This document shows, one piece after another, positions 1-8,308 of a stretch of 64,000 nt of DNA. The notes under the pieces are model-generated. The model did not search any database. It was not told the origin of the DNA and worked only from the letters and a program-made list of their open reading frames with translations. A program made the position numbers and the translations under genes. The stretch's first letter is position 1; each line of letters begins with the position of its first letter. Origin of the DNA: Clostridia bacterium (GTDB lineage Bacteria > Bacillota > Clostridia > Oscillospirales > Acutalibacteraceae); assembly GCA_029007095.1 (NCBI GenBank), contig JAQXHF010000050.1:1061-65060 (forward strand), given 5' to 3'.

Positions 1-156
1 GTACCTGTCGAATGGTTTTGGGTTGTTTATCTAATTCAAATCGTTAACTTATCCGGCGCAGCAGGAGATTTGTTCGTAACTGTTAAATTTTCACGCTTGC
101 CAAAAGATATTTTAATACAGGATTATGGTGTTGGAATGAAGGTTTTTTCTAAATAA
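1..156 (+). CDS. C-terminal fragment of a DUF3267-like putative zincin peptidase (5' end outside window)
   Basis: Frame-1 ORF is open at the window edge and ends with TAA at 154-156. The tail ...NLSGAAGDLFVTVKFSRLPKDILIQDYGVGMKVFSK resembles DUF3267 C-termini (from memory, no search). Confidence 0.4.
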   Translation, partial: VPVEWFWVVYLIQIVNLSGAAGDLFVTVKFSRLPKDILIQDYGVGMKVFSK

Positions 157-287
157 TAAGAAAATTGTTTTTTAGACTGATTCCATTTTGAGCGTCTGTA
201 TCATCTTGGGTAATGAAAATTAAACCCGGCTGAAAACTTTTTATCAAGAATTTTCGTGCTTTTTATGAGATTATATAGGTGACTGTT

Positions 288-599
288 ATGGAAGAAAAGA
301 AAGTAATAACATTAGATTTAACCGATTGTAAATCTTTGGGTGAATAGCACGAGCGAATAAGAGTAGCGTTTGATTTTCCTGAATGGTATGGGGCTAATTT
401 GGATGCATTTTGGGACTTGCTGTGGAGTGAATGTTACGCAGACGAGGTTGTGATTACAGGCGTGAATACAATGCCGAATGACCTTGTTGAATATATGTTT
501 GAAATTTATTTGATTTTAGACAGAAAGGCCGAGGAAAGAAATAAGTATGGAAAGCTTTATGATGATATAAAACCATTATATTACCGAATCGAGAGTTAA
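288..599 (+). pseudogene. barstar-like ribonuclease inhibitor interrupted by an in-frame TAG (345-347)
   Basis: ATG 288 is in the same frame as ORF 399-599. MEEKKVITLDLTDCKSLGE-TAG-HERIRVAFDFPEWYGANLDAFWDLLW parallels barstar ...[27 protein letters not shown]. Homology continues on both sides of the stop. Confidence 0.7.
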
Positions 600-708
600 A
601 AGGTGAAAAATATTCACGAAAAGTCAAGCAAAATTATGCGTTTTTGTGAAATCGAAAAATATATTATCTGATTTAGAACTATTATTTGCAAAAAATTGAA
701 ATTTAAAT

Positions 709-847
709 AACTTTCGATATTTTTATTTCTATCTTGCAATAAGAGCAACTTTTCGCTAAAATAATCACAGAACATATTTGTCAAATCCTTTTAACAACAT
801 TCTTCTTTTTCATTTGGCGGATTTTTCAAATATGCTCTACTGCTTTT
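709..847. repeat. Copy A of a ~139-bp direct repeat (partner 3468-3607), with an embedded sigma70-like promoter on +
   Basis: Near-identical to 3468-3607 with only a handful of substitutions by eye. Contains TTGCAA (734-739), a 17-nt spacer and TAAAAT (757-762), then an imperfect 16-bp hairpin at 773-788/819-834. Confidence 0.85.
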
Positions 848-880
848 TATCTATTATTATTTATTATAAAGTTTTAAAAA

Positions 881-910
881 AATAGGCGAGCCTTAGTCGG
901 CTTGCCTATT
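881..910. terminator. Bidirectional rho-independent terminator
   Basis: AATAGGCGAGCC-ttagtc-GGCTTGCCTATT forms a 12-bp stem with one G-U pair. It is flanked by an A-run upstream and a T-rich run downstream, and it abuts the stop of the minus-strand XRE gene. Confidence 0.7.
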
Positions 911-911
911 T

Positions 912-1229
912 TCATTTTGCTTTGTATGATTTAATCAATTTTTCAACCACTTCTTTCTGCTCGACGGAAAGCGATAGCCAGTCGTCAAAGAGTTCCTTTT
1001 GCCTTTTTGTCAGATAGACGGCTTCCTCACAATCGTCCTCCGAAAAAAACTGCGACATAGTAATTCCCAGTCCGTTGCAGATAGCTTCAATAGTTGGCAG
1101 TGTTGGAGAAGTGTTTCGTATAAATATGTTGGAAATAGTGCTTTGTGACAGCCCGCTCTGCTTTGCCAGACGGTATTCGGTCATATTTTTTTCCTGCATC
1201 AGTTGTTTTATTCTCACTTTTGCGTCCAT
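912..1229 (-). CDS. XRE-family helix-turn-helix transcriptional regulator
   Basis: MDAKVRIKQLMQEKNMTEYRLAKQSGLSQSTISNIF... is a typical Cro/C1 HTH. Start was moved to ATG 1229, which follows the RBS AAGAGGTG. The ORF-track start at 1310 has no RBS. Confidence 0.8.
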   Translation of the reverse strand: MDAKVRIKQLMQEKNMTEYRLAKQSGLSQSTISNIFIRNTSPTLPTIEAICNGLGITMSQFFSEDDCEEAVYLTKRQKELFDDWLSLSVEQKEVVEKLIKSYKAK

Positions 1230-1293
1230 ATTATACACCTCTTTTGAGTATATTGTACTATTATGTTGAGTTAAAAAGTAGTAAATATTAGTA

Positions 1294-1322
1294 TTGACAA
1301 TACTACTCAACTGAGTTATAAT
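1294..1322 (+). promoter_or_regulatory. Consensus sigma70 promoter for the lipoprotein operon, overlapped by inverted repeats (1265-1311)
   Basis: TTGACA (1294-1299), 17-nt spacer, TATAAT (1317-1322). The palindrome AGTATTG-a-CAATACT (1290-1304) covers the -35. Outer arms are GTTGAGT..AGTAGTA / TACTACTCAAC. Confidence 0.6.
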
Positions 1323-1361
1323 GTTGACACCAACCGAAAATTAGAAAGTGAGGAACAGTAA

Positions 1362-2423
1362 ATGAAAATGGTAAAAAGAATTTTGGGAATGTTTTTAATT
1401 CTTTCCCTGATTACGGTCAGTCTTTCGTCATGCGGCAAGAGCAACTCAATCACGGGTATGTGGTACAACGAAGACGGAGAAGTCCTGAATGTTCAGGAGG
1501 ACGGTACTTATAACTATGAGCGCGAGTACGGTACCGGAACATGGAAGATTCTTGACGACAAAACGACAATTGAATTCAAGGATTTCTACGGAGAAACAAC
1601 GAACATCGAAATCATGGAGGAAGATATAGGCGTTAAAATCAAATATCATGGAGAATATTTTTACAAAGACGCTTATCCGAGTGACGAAGAAATATCTGAG
1701 AATAAAGAAAAGAACGCTCAGACGATTGACGCTTTTGCAGGTTTGAGCTATGAAGTAACCGGAATATCTCCTTATTGTCAGTTAACAATCAACAATCAAG
1801 GTTGCAGCGAAGAAGTGCGGCAATATGTCAGTTATCAGCTTGACAAGGAGCGGTATGCAAACGGAGATACAGCCGTTATAACTGCAACTCTAAATGCTAA
1901 CACAGGCGACTCGGCTTATAAGCTTGAATCAACAACATCTAATTATAAAATTACAGGACAGTCCGAGTACTTAACCTCGGTTGATGGATATGATTTAACT
2001 AAGCTTAAAGCAGAGCTTTCGGACTATATCACCGCATGCTTTGCAAAAGCTCAGACACCATATTGGTCAGAGCTTTTCGGAAAAAGTGTTTATGATGTTC
2101 ATTCCGTAAGCAAAACAGACGGAGATGTTTATTTTTCATCATTAAAGCTTGATAAGAACGCCGAGAATATTGAATTTGTAAACAGACTTTCTTTCACTTA
2201 TAAGATTACCTATAAAACAACAGACGGAACAGAAGTTTTCTATGCCTGTATAAGTGCGGTTAATATTATGAAAACTGCTGACGGTTCAATAAAATGGGGC
2301 TCAGAAAACGCAGACGATTTCGATTTCATAGCGCAAAATGCAGAAGGAAGTATAGAAAACTGCGTTACAACCTTGATAATGTGTAACAAGGATAACTTTA
2401 ATATATCGAAAGTTGCGGTGTAA
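1362..2423 (+). CDS. Lipoprotein of unknown function
   Basis: Signal peptide with lipobox LSSCGK. RBS GAGGAA lies upstream of ATG 1362. No recognisable catalytic motif. Confidence 0.7.
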   Translation: MKMVKRILGMFLILSLITVSLSSCGKSNSITGMWYNEDGEVLNVQEDGTYNYEREYGTGTWKILDDKTTIEFKDFYGETTNIEIMEEDIGVKIKYHGEYFYKDAYPSDEEISENKEKNAQTIDAFAGLSYEVTGISPYCQLTINNQGCSEEVRQYVSYQLDKERYANGDTAVITATLNANTGDSAYKLESTTSNYKITGQSEYLTSVDGYDLTKLKAELSDYITACFAKAQTPYWSELFGKSVYDVHSVSKTDGDVYFSSLKLDKNAENIEFVNRLSFTYKITYKTTDGTEVFYACISAVNIMKTADGSIKWGSENADDFDFIAQNAEGSIENCVTTLIMCNKDNFNISKVAV

Positions 2424-2427
2424 AAAG

Positions 2428-2955
2428 ATGAAAATGAAAAATATAAAGAATTTGTATATCATCGCAGCAATACTACAAATAATATCAGCCGTGCTTTGGT
2501 TTGTTCCGTCATTTGACGGAGTGAAATATATTATGTCTAATTCGCTGGGTGAGGTTACAGGCGTATCTATCCGTGATTACACATTGTTTGAATATTTCGA
2601 TGATATGCGTTTCATAAGTGTGGCAAGCATAATCGGTATGGCACTTTCGTGCATATTATTACTCATTCCGATTTTTAAAAAAACATGTGAAAAACGGCAT
2701 AGATTGATCTACTCGAAAATCACCGCAATTTATAGCCTTGTTATTTTTTGCGCCGCATTTTATTCAATTTACGATGGTTCAATGGAATATTCTTATATCG
2801 GCGGAAAGTCGGATATATTTTTCGGAGGAATAGCGCTTATTGCCGTGAGTGTTGCTTTTCTTGCTTTGCTGTTTGTTATATCAATTCAAACAAATAAGTT
2901 ATCTAAGCAAGCAAAACTTCAAAATATTGAAGATACTGTAATAGCGAATAAATAA
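2428..2955 (+). CDS. Multi-pass membrane protein of unknown function
   Basis: Four to five hydrophobic segments. The first ATG comes 5 nt after the upstream stop. The ORF-track start at 2413 is a TTG overlapping the previous gene. Confidence 0.55.
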   Translation: MKMKNIKNLYIIAAILQIISAVLWFVPSFDGVKYIMSNSLGEVTGVSIRDYTLFEYFDDMRFISVASIIGMALSCILLLIPIFKKTCEKRHRLIYSKITAIYSLVIFCAAFYSIYDGSMEYSYIGGKSDIFFGGIALIAVSVAFLALLFVISIQTNKLSKQAKLQNIEDTVIANK

Positions 2956-3008
2956 AAAAAGGTTTATCAAGTCGTAATGACTAAAATAAAGAAAAGGGGT
3001 AAAAAACT

Positions 3009-3335
3009 ATGTATTGTAAAAACTGTGGAAAATAAATAGCTGATAATGCTGCCGTATGTATTCATTGCGGTGTTGCTGTTCAGCAGGTAACCGATGTAAA
3101 CGGCGGACATTAATACCACGATGTGCCGAAATGCCGTAAATGCGGATATGTCGGTGAATTCAAAAGAGGAAAAATGTTCAGGCCTATTGACTGGGTTATC
3201 GGTCTGGCTACTGTCTGGTTTGGTTTTGGAATTATTTACTTTATTATAATTGCAGTCCTGCGCCATGACGAAAAAAACAGAGAAACAATTTGTCCCCATT
3301 GCGGCGAAAAGAACAGCGCAATGGATGTATATTGA
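3009..3335 (+). pseudogene. Zinc-ribbon/TM protein gene with two in-frame TAA stops (3033-3035, 3111-3113); the distal 70-aa part may still be expressed from GTG 3123
   Basis: RBS AAGGGG then ATG 3009. A single frame reads MYCKNCGK*IADNAAVCIHCGVAVQQVTDVNGGH*YHDVPKCRKCGYVGEF...TM...CPHCGEKN. The N-terminal CxxC...CxxC zinc ribbon is split by the first TAA. Confidence 0.6.
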
Positions 3336-3467
3336 TTTGATGTGATAAAAAGTTTGTATCGGATTTTTTCCGTTACAAACTTTTTTGCTAATATGAGGGG
3401 AGTTGAACGCGATATACCGAAAACTTGTTTTTGCGGCGACTTTTCACTTTTTGAAAAGAAATTAAAA

Positions 3468-3607
3468 AACTTTCGATATTTTTTGCTTTCAATCTTGCAA
3501 TAAGAGAAACTTTTCGATAAAATAATCACAGAGCATATTTTTCAAATTCTTTTAACAACATTCTTCTTTTTCATTTGGCGGATTTTTCAAATATGCTCTA
3601 CTGCTTT
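3468..3607. repeat. Copy B of the ~139-bp direct repeat; it acts as promoter and leader for the GH127 gene
   Basis: Aligns with 709-847. TTGCAA (3495-3500), 17-nt spacer, TAAAAT (3518-3523). The GH127 ATG lies about 140 nt downstream. Confidence 0.85.
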
Positions 3608-3665
3608 AATTTTTTCTGAACTTTATTTATTGTTTACACTATCGTTTATAAGGGAGTATTTATTT

Positions 3666-5510
3666 ATGCAAAATATCGGATTTTCGGACATAAAAATAAC
3701 GGGCGGTTACTGGAAAACAAGACAGGAGATTAACAGCTCTGTTACGATTAAATCCGTTTATGAGCGCTTTCGGGAAACTCATAGGTTTGACGCGCTTAGA
3801 TGTGAATGGAAAGACGGCGAACCCGATATGCCGCATATTTTCTGGGATTCTGATGTTGCGAAGTGGATGGAAGGCGCGGCTTATATTCTTAATTCAAAGA
3901 ACGATGAAACGATTGCGGAAATAATTGAAGACGCCATAGACTGCATTATTGAAAACAGCGATGAAAACGGATATTTTAACAGTCATTATCTTGTGACGGA
4001 GCAGGAAAATAGGTTCCGCAACAGAGATTGTCACGAGCTTTACTGTGCCGGACATCTTTTTGAAGCTGCCGTCGCTTATTATGAAATTACGGGGAAAGAC
4101 CGCTTCTTAAAGGCAATGTGCAAATATGCCGACTATATAGAAAAGGTATTTAAAACCGATAAAAATGCCGCCTTTACTACACCCGGACACCCGGAAATAG
4201 AACTTGCGTTAATGAAACTTTATAAGGCTACGGGTGAGAAGCACTATGCCGACCTTGCAAAATATTTCATTGACGAGCACGGAAAGCATACCGAAGAGCA
4301 AAATTATATTGAATCTTTTAACGAATATTATAACCAGGACGAAATGCCGATTAAAGACCGCGAAACTGCCGAGGGACATTGCGTGCGCGCACTATATCTT
4401 ATGTGTGGTGCGGCGGATGTTGCATATGAGTATAGTGACGACGAGCTGAAAAAAGCCTGCGAGCGTTTTTTTGACAATATCGTTAATAAGCGTATGTATA
4501 TCACAGGTGGCGTAGGCTCTACATATATCGGTGAATCATTTACGATTGATTATGATTTGCCTAACAGAACTGCATATACCGAAACCTGCGCGGCAATATC
4601 CCTTGCAATGTTTGCGAACCGTATGCTTAAATTCGGCGCCGATTCAAAATATGCGGACATTGTCGAAAAAGCAATCTATAACGGTGTAATGTCGGGCGTT
4701 TCGTTAGACGGAAAATCGTTTTTCTATGAAAATCCGCTTGAAATAGATCCCGAATTTAATAATGTAAATACTTCAACAAAGCAAAAGGAGCGTTTTCCTA
4801 TAACACAAAGGCTTGAAGTTTTCGAGTGCTCCTGTTGTCCGCCGAATATATTGCGCTTTGTCGCGTCAATAGCAGGATTTTTATACAGCTTTGACGATGA
4901 AACCGTTTATGTTCATCAGTATATGGATTCGGAAACAAATGCTAATGGAATTAAAATCACACAAAAAACGGAATATCCCGCAAACGGAAAAATAATTGTC
5001 AGATGTGAGTCGGACAAAAAGAAGATTGCTTTCCGCATACCGGGTTGGTGCAAAGCTTTCACCGTTAACCGCAATTATGTTATTAAAAACGGATATGCTT
5101 ATGTTGTGCTTAACGGAGAAGATAAAATAGAACTTGAATTTGATATGCCTGTAAGAATTATCGCCGCAAACCGCCGCGTCCATGAGAACGCAGGCAGAGT
5201 TGCAATTATGCGCGGCCCTGTTGTGTATTGTGCCGAGAGCGTTGATAACGGCGCGGATTTGAAGAGCGTTTCGATTGATATAAACGCTGAGTTTGAAGTA
5301 AATGACAGCGAGTTATTACTGCCCGTACTTAAAACAAAGGCATATCGTCCTAAGGAAAACGAAAATCTTTATTATGAGGCGGGCTATGATTACGAAGAAA
5401 TACCGCTCACACTTATCCCGTACTACGCTTTTGCCAATCGCGGCGAGAGCGAAATGCAGGTATGGCTTTTAAGGAAGCAGCAAATAAGGGGGTTGTGTAA
5501 TAAGACCTAA
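3666..5510 (+). CDS. Glycoside hydrolase family 127 (DUF1680, beta-L-arabinofuranosidase-like)
   Basis: MQNIGFSDIKITGGYWKTRQEIN... The length, the ...HELYCAGHL... motif and the cysteine cluster FECSCCPPNILR are typical of HypBA1-like enzymes. ATG 3666 follows RBS AGGGAG. Confidence 0.85.
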   Translation: MQNIGFSDIKITGGYWKTRQEINSSVTIKSVYERFRETHRFDALRCEWKDGEPDMPHIFWDSDVAKWMEGAAYILNSKNDETIAEIIEDAIDCIIENSDENGYFNSHYLVTEQENRFRNRDCHELYCAGHLFEAAVAYYEITGKDRFLKAMCKYADYIEKVFKTDKNAAFTTPGHPEIELALMKLYKATGEKHYADLAKYFIDEHGKHTEEQNYIESFNEYYNQDEMPIKDRETAEGHCVRALYLMCGAADVAYEYSDDELKKACERFFDNIVNKRMYITGGVGSTYIGESFTIDYDLPNRTAYTETCAAISLAMFANRMLKFGADSKYADIVEKAIYNGVMSGVSLDGKSFFYENPLEIDPEFNNVNTSTKQKERFPITQRLEVFECSCCPPNILRFVASIAGFLYSFDDETVYVHQYMDSETNANGIKITQKTEYPANGKIIVRCESDKKKIAFRIPGWCKAFTVNRNYVIKNGYAYVVLNGEDKIELEFDMPVRIIAANRRVHENAGRVAIMRGPVVYCAESVDNGADLKSVSIDINAEFEVNDSELLLPVLKTKAYRPKENENLYYEAGYDYEEIPLTLIPYYAFANRGESEMQVWLLRKQQIRGLCNKT

Positions 5511-5569
5511 ATTATATATTAAAATTTTGTGAGTATCCGATATTATTTCACTGAACCGTAACCGATATT

Positions 5570-6034
5570 ATGGAGGATTACGGAGAGCAAAGAGATGAGT
5601 GGCAGACATTATTGACAATGGAAAATGGAAAAGTAAAAAGTTTTCGTCATAGTAATGGTAAAACTTTTTATTGTGAGCAAATAGATGATTATAAAGTTGA
5701 TCCCACAATCGAAGAAACCCTAAAAGGGAAAACGATTGAAAAGAAAATGGATTACTATTATGTGACCGAATCTGTAAGACTGTATGAAACTGCATATGGA
5801 GAAATAACAAAAGAAAGACTTAATGAAAAGGCAGTACACCTTTCTGAATATGATGGGATAATTAAATTGTTACTTAAAGATGATATATTAGTTGGAGCCA
5901 CAGTAAAAGGATATTTTAAAGATGGAAATCTTTTGTTAGATAGATGTGTTTGTACATATTATGCATATGATAATGAGGGCAGCGGAACAAAAGACCGTGA
6001 AGATTATGTATACTTGATTTTTTATAAGGATTAA
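5570..6034 (+). CDS. Hypothetical protein
   Basis: 154-aa ORF with no convincing RBS and no recognisable motif. Confidence 0.35.
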   Translation: MEDYGEQRDEWQTLLTMENGKVKSFRHSNGKTFYCEQIDDYKVDPTIEETLKGKTIEKKMDYYYVTESVRLYETAYGEITKERLNEKAVHLSEYDGIIKLLLKDDILVGATVKGYFKDGNLLLDRCVCTYYAYDNEGSGTKDREDYVYLIFYKD

Positions 6035-6055
6035 AAATTAGAAGAATAAATTGAA

Positions 6056-6250
6056 ATGAAAAACCTTATGTTAGACGGAATGACGAATTGCACGAACATT
6101 ATCGATATACGTAGCAAAGGCGAATACCCCTCTTGTGCATTGTCAAATTTTGCCGAACAGTTATTCATTGACAATGTAAAGTGTTTGATTATGGAATACG
6201 TATTGAAACACATGAAATACATATTGCCAAACTTCGTGGTGATACATTAA
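6056..6250 (+). pseudogene. Possible truncated NADAR (YbiA/DUF1768)-like remnant
   Basis: ...YPSCALSNFAEQLFIDNVKCLIMEYVLKHMKY follows the NADAR pattern FSNFA..I.VDG......SEHYFQAQKF. The ORF stops after 64 aa, and no continuation is seen in any frame. Confidence 0.25.
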
Positions 6251-6484
6251 TACAAAAATCAGGGCTAATATCGGAAACTGATTGCTTTTAAGCTAATAAC
6301 AATTACTCTCGGCGCGAGTGAATATAATTCACTATTGCCGCTTGTAACATTTAATTTAATTCCAAGATAAACTTTTGCAAATATTGTCAAGAAATTATTG
6401 TTTGATATTGGAACTTATAAAACTCTTTATGCAACAATATTTATGGGCGTGTTTATAAAATTTTAACAAATATTTATTAAAATA

Positions 6485-6513
6485 TTGACAGTTTTTGGCT
6501 TCTGTGATAGAAT
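6485..6513 (+). promoter_or_regulatory. Sigma70 promoter with extended -10
   Basis: TTGACA (6485-6490), 17-nt spacer, TGaTAGAAT (6505-6513). Located upstream of the PHP-domain gene. Confidence 0.55.
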
Positions 6514-6551
6514 TTCTAATATAACAAATATTTTGAGAATGGAGTGTTTTT

Positions 6552-8027
6552 ATGTTTAAGAAGATGCTCGCCGTCATACTTGCCGGTATAATGGCAATTC
6601 CTTTTATCGGCGTATCGGTTTCGGCGTCCGATGAAAAGACTGCAAGAAATGCCGACAAAAACTACATAATTACAAATCCGTATGAAGATGTTGACTGGGA
6701 CACATGGGGCGCATACAAGGCGCAGCTTCATTGCCACACCAATGCAAGCGACGGATATCTCCCTATTCACGAATTCGTGCAGATGCATTATGACCTTAAT
6801 TATGATATTGTTGCTCTGACGGATCACGGAACAATCAACAAGGGTTGGAATGTCGAGCCGGATACCGTTCCCTTACTCCGTCTTATTAAAAAGGAAAGAA
6901 CGCATATGGCGGAGATCATTCCGCTTTCCGAGGAGGAGTATGCATCCTATCTTAACGGTACTGCTCCGTCTGAAACCCGTACTCACGAGAACGGTATGCT
7001 TGATGTTCCCAAGGGAATCGAGCTTAATATGGCTACGCCTATTGCAGATTGTCATTTGACAGGTTATTTTTCCGACTATGGTCAGGGGCTTGCCGGTGTT
7101 TTCGGCGATTATGAAACTCCAACGGAAGGCGTTAAGAAAAACGGCGGTATTTCCATGCTTTCCCATGTCGGTGAATATGTTTACACAGACAAGGACAGTG
7201 CTGATCATGTCGGTCAGCTTGTTGACGATTACTATGCCGAGAAATTTGCAAAGTTGTTCATTGACAATCAAGGTTCAAGCGTAGGTATGGGCATAAACAG
7301 TGCAACCGACGCCCATACGCGATGCGACAGAATTCTTTACGATCAAATTTTACAGAAGACAATTCCCAACGGTGTAGTTCCCTGGTCATTCACTTTCTCG
7401 GATTCGCACAATGTCAGATCCCTGAATGACGCATACACAATGCACCTTATGCCGGAGCTTACGATGGATAATTTCCGAACAAGTATGGAAAAAGGTCAGT
7501 TTTTTTCGATTTCTCACTATTCAAACGGAGTTGAGCTTAACGGAATGGCAGAAATGCCCGGTTATAACGACGACTGCGATTCGGTGGATTATAACAGCGA
7601 TACAACGCCTATGGTTACCCGCCTTACCGTTAATCAGGATAATGATACCATTTCTGTCGAGGGTACAAACTTCAATATGATAACATGGGTTTCCAACGGC
7701 AATGTAATTCTCCGCGAGACTGATATTACCGACGGTAAAGCAACTCTCGACCTACATTCCGAACTGCTTGACGAGCCGTATCTCTATGTAAGATTTTACC
7801 TGACCGGTGACAACGGAATCTGCTATTCACAGCCTTTCGTACTTAATATTGAGGGCGAGGAATTTGCTCCCGTCAAGGTTAACAAGGTTTACGATGTGCC
7901 CTGGTTCCTGAGAAAGCTTGTTACCGTGCTTGATGTAGTATTTTTCAGATACAATCCGATTGTGTGGGTATTCAAGTATTTTGCGTTGGGTTACGACGCG
8001 TTGGAAAGAATTTCCGATCCGTTTTAA
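6552..8027 (+). CDS. Secreted/anchored PHP-domain (polymerase and histidinol phosphatase-type) metal-dependent phosphoesterase
   Basis: Signal peptide MFKKMLAVILAGIMAIPFIGVSVSA. PHP motif AQLHCHTNASDGYLPIHEFV...IVALTDHG. Hydrophobic C-terminal segment. Confidence 0.7.
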   Translation: MFKKMLAVILAGIMAIPFIGVSVSASDEKTARNADKNYIITNPYEDVDWDTWGAYKAQLHCHTNASDGYLPIHEFVQMHYDLNYDIVALTDHGTINKGWNVEPDTVPLLRLIKKERTHMAEIIPLSEEEYASYLNGTAPSETRTHENGMLDVPKGIELNMATPIADCHLTGYFSDYGQGLAGVFGDYETPTEGVKKNGGISMLSHVGEYVYTDKDSADHVGQLVDDYYAEKFAKLFIDNQGSSVGMGINSATDAHTRCDRILYDQILQKTIPNGVVPWSFTFSDSHNVRSLNDAYTMHLMPELTMDNFRTSMEKGQFFSISHYSNGVELNGMAEMPGYNDDCDSVDYNSDTTPMVTRLTVNQDNDTISVEGTNFNMITWVSNGNVILRETDITDGKATLDLHSELLDEPYLYVRFYLTGDNGICYSQPFVLNIEGEEFAPVKVNKVYDVPWFLRKLVTVLDVVFFRYNPIVWVFKYFALGYDALERISDPF

Positions 8028-8222
8028 TAAGGACTTCTTTGAATTAGCTAAAACAGAATAAGCAAAATCGAGTTCGTGCGAGTAAAATCGTGCGAACTTT
8101 TTGCGTAATTGTTATTATAAAATTGTATATAAAACACATAACATTGATAGGATTTGAGTCTAAATAACTAATAAAAAAGAATATAAACGACGATTTTCTA
8201 TAAATCCCACAATAATTACTTG

Positions 8223-8251
8223 TTGACATTCCGCGAAATTTGTCGTATTAT
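8223..8251 (+). promoter_or_regulatory. Sigma70-like promoter upstream of the large surface-protein gene
   Basis: TTGACA (8223-8228), 17-nt spacer, TATTAT (8246-8251). Confidence 0.5.
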
Positions 8252-8308
8252 TATGATATTAAGTATAATGGGATAGTGAAAAAATAAATACCGATTGCGA
8301 TTAAACTT

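Noticed and set aside
709-3607. Insertion sequence or MITE interpretation of the 139-bp repeats
   Set aside because: The copies are direct, not inverted. They have no terminal inverted repeats or target-site duplication that I could see. No transposase, integrase or recombinase lies between or beside them. The micro-ORFs inside the repeat (such as MLYCF...) diverge between copies, so they are not coding.
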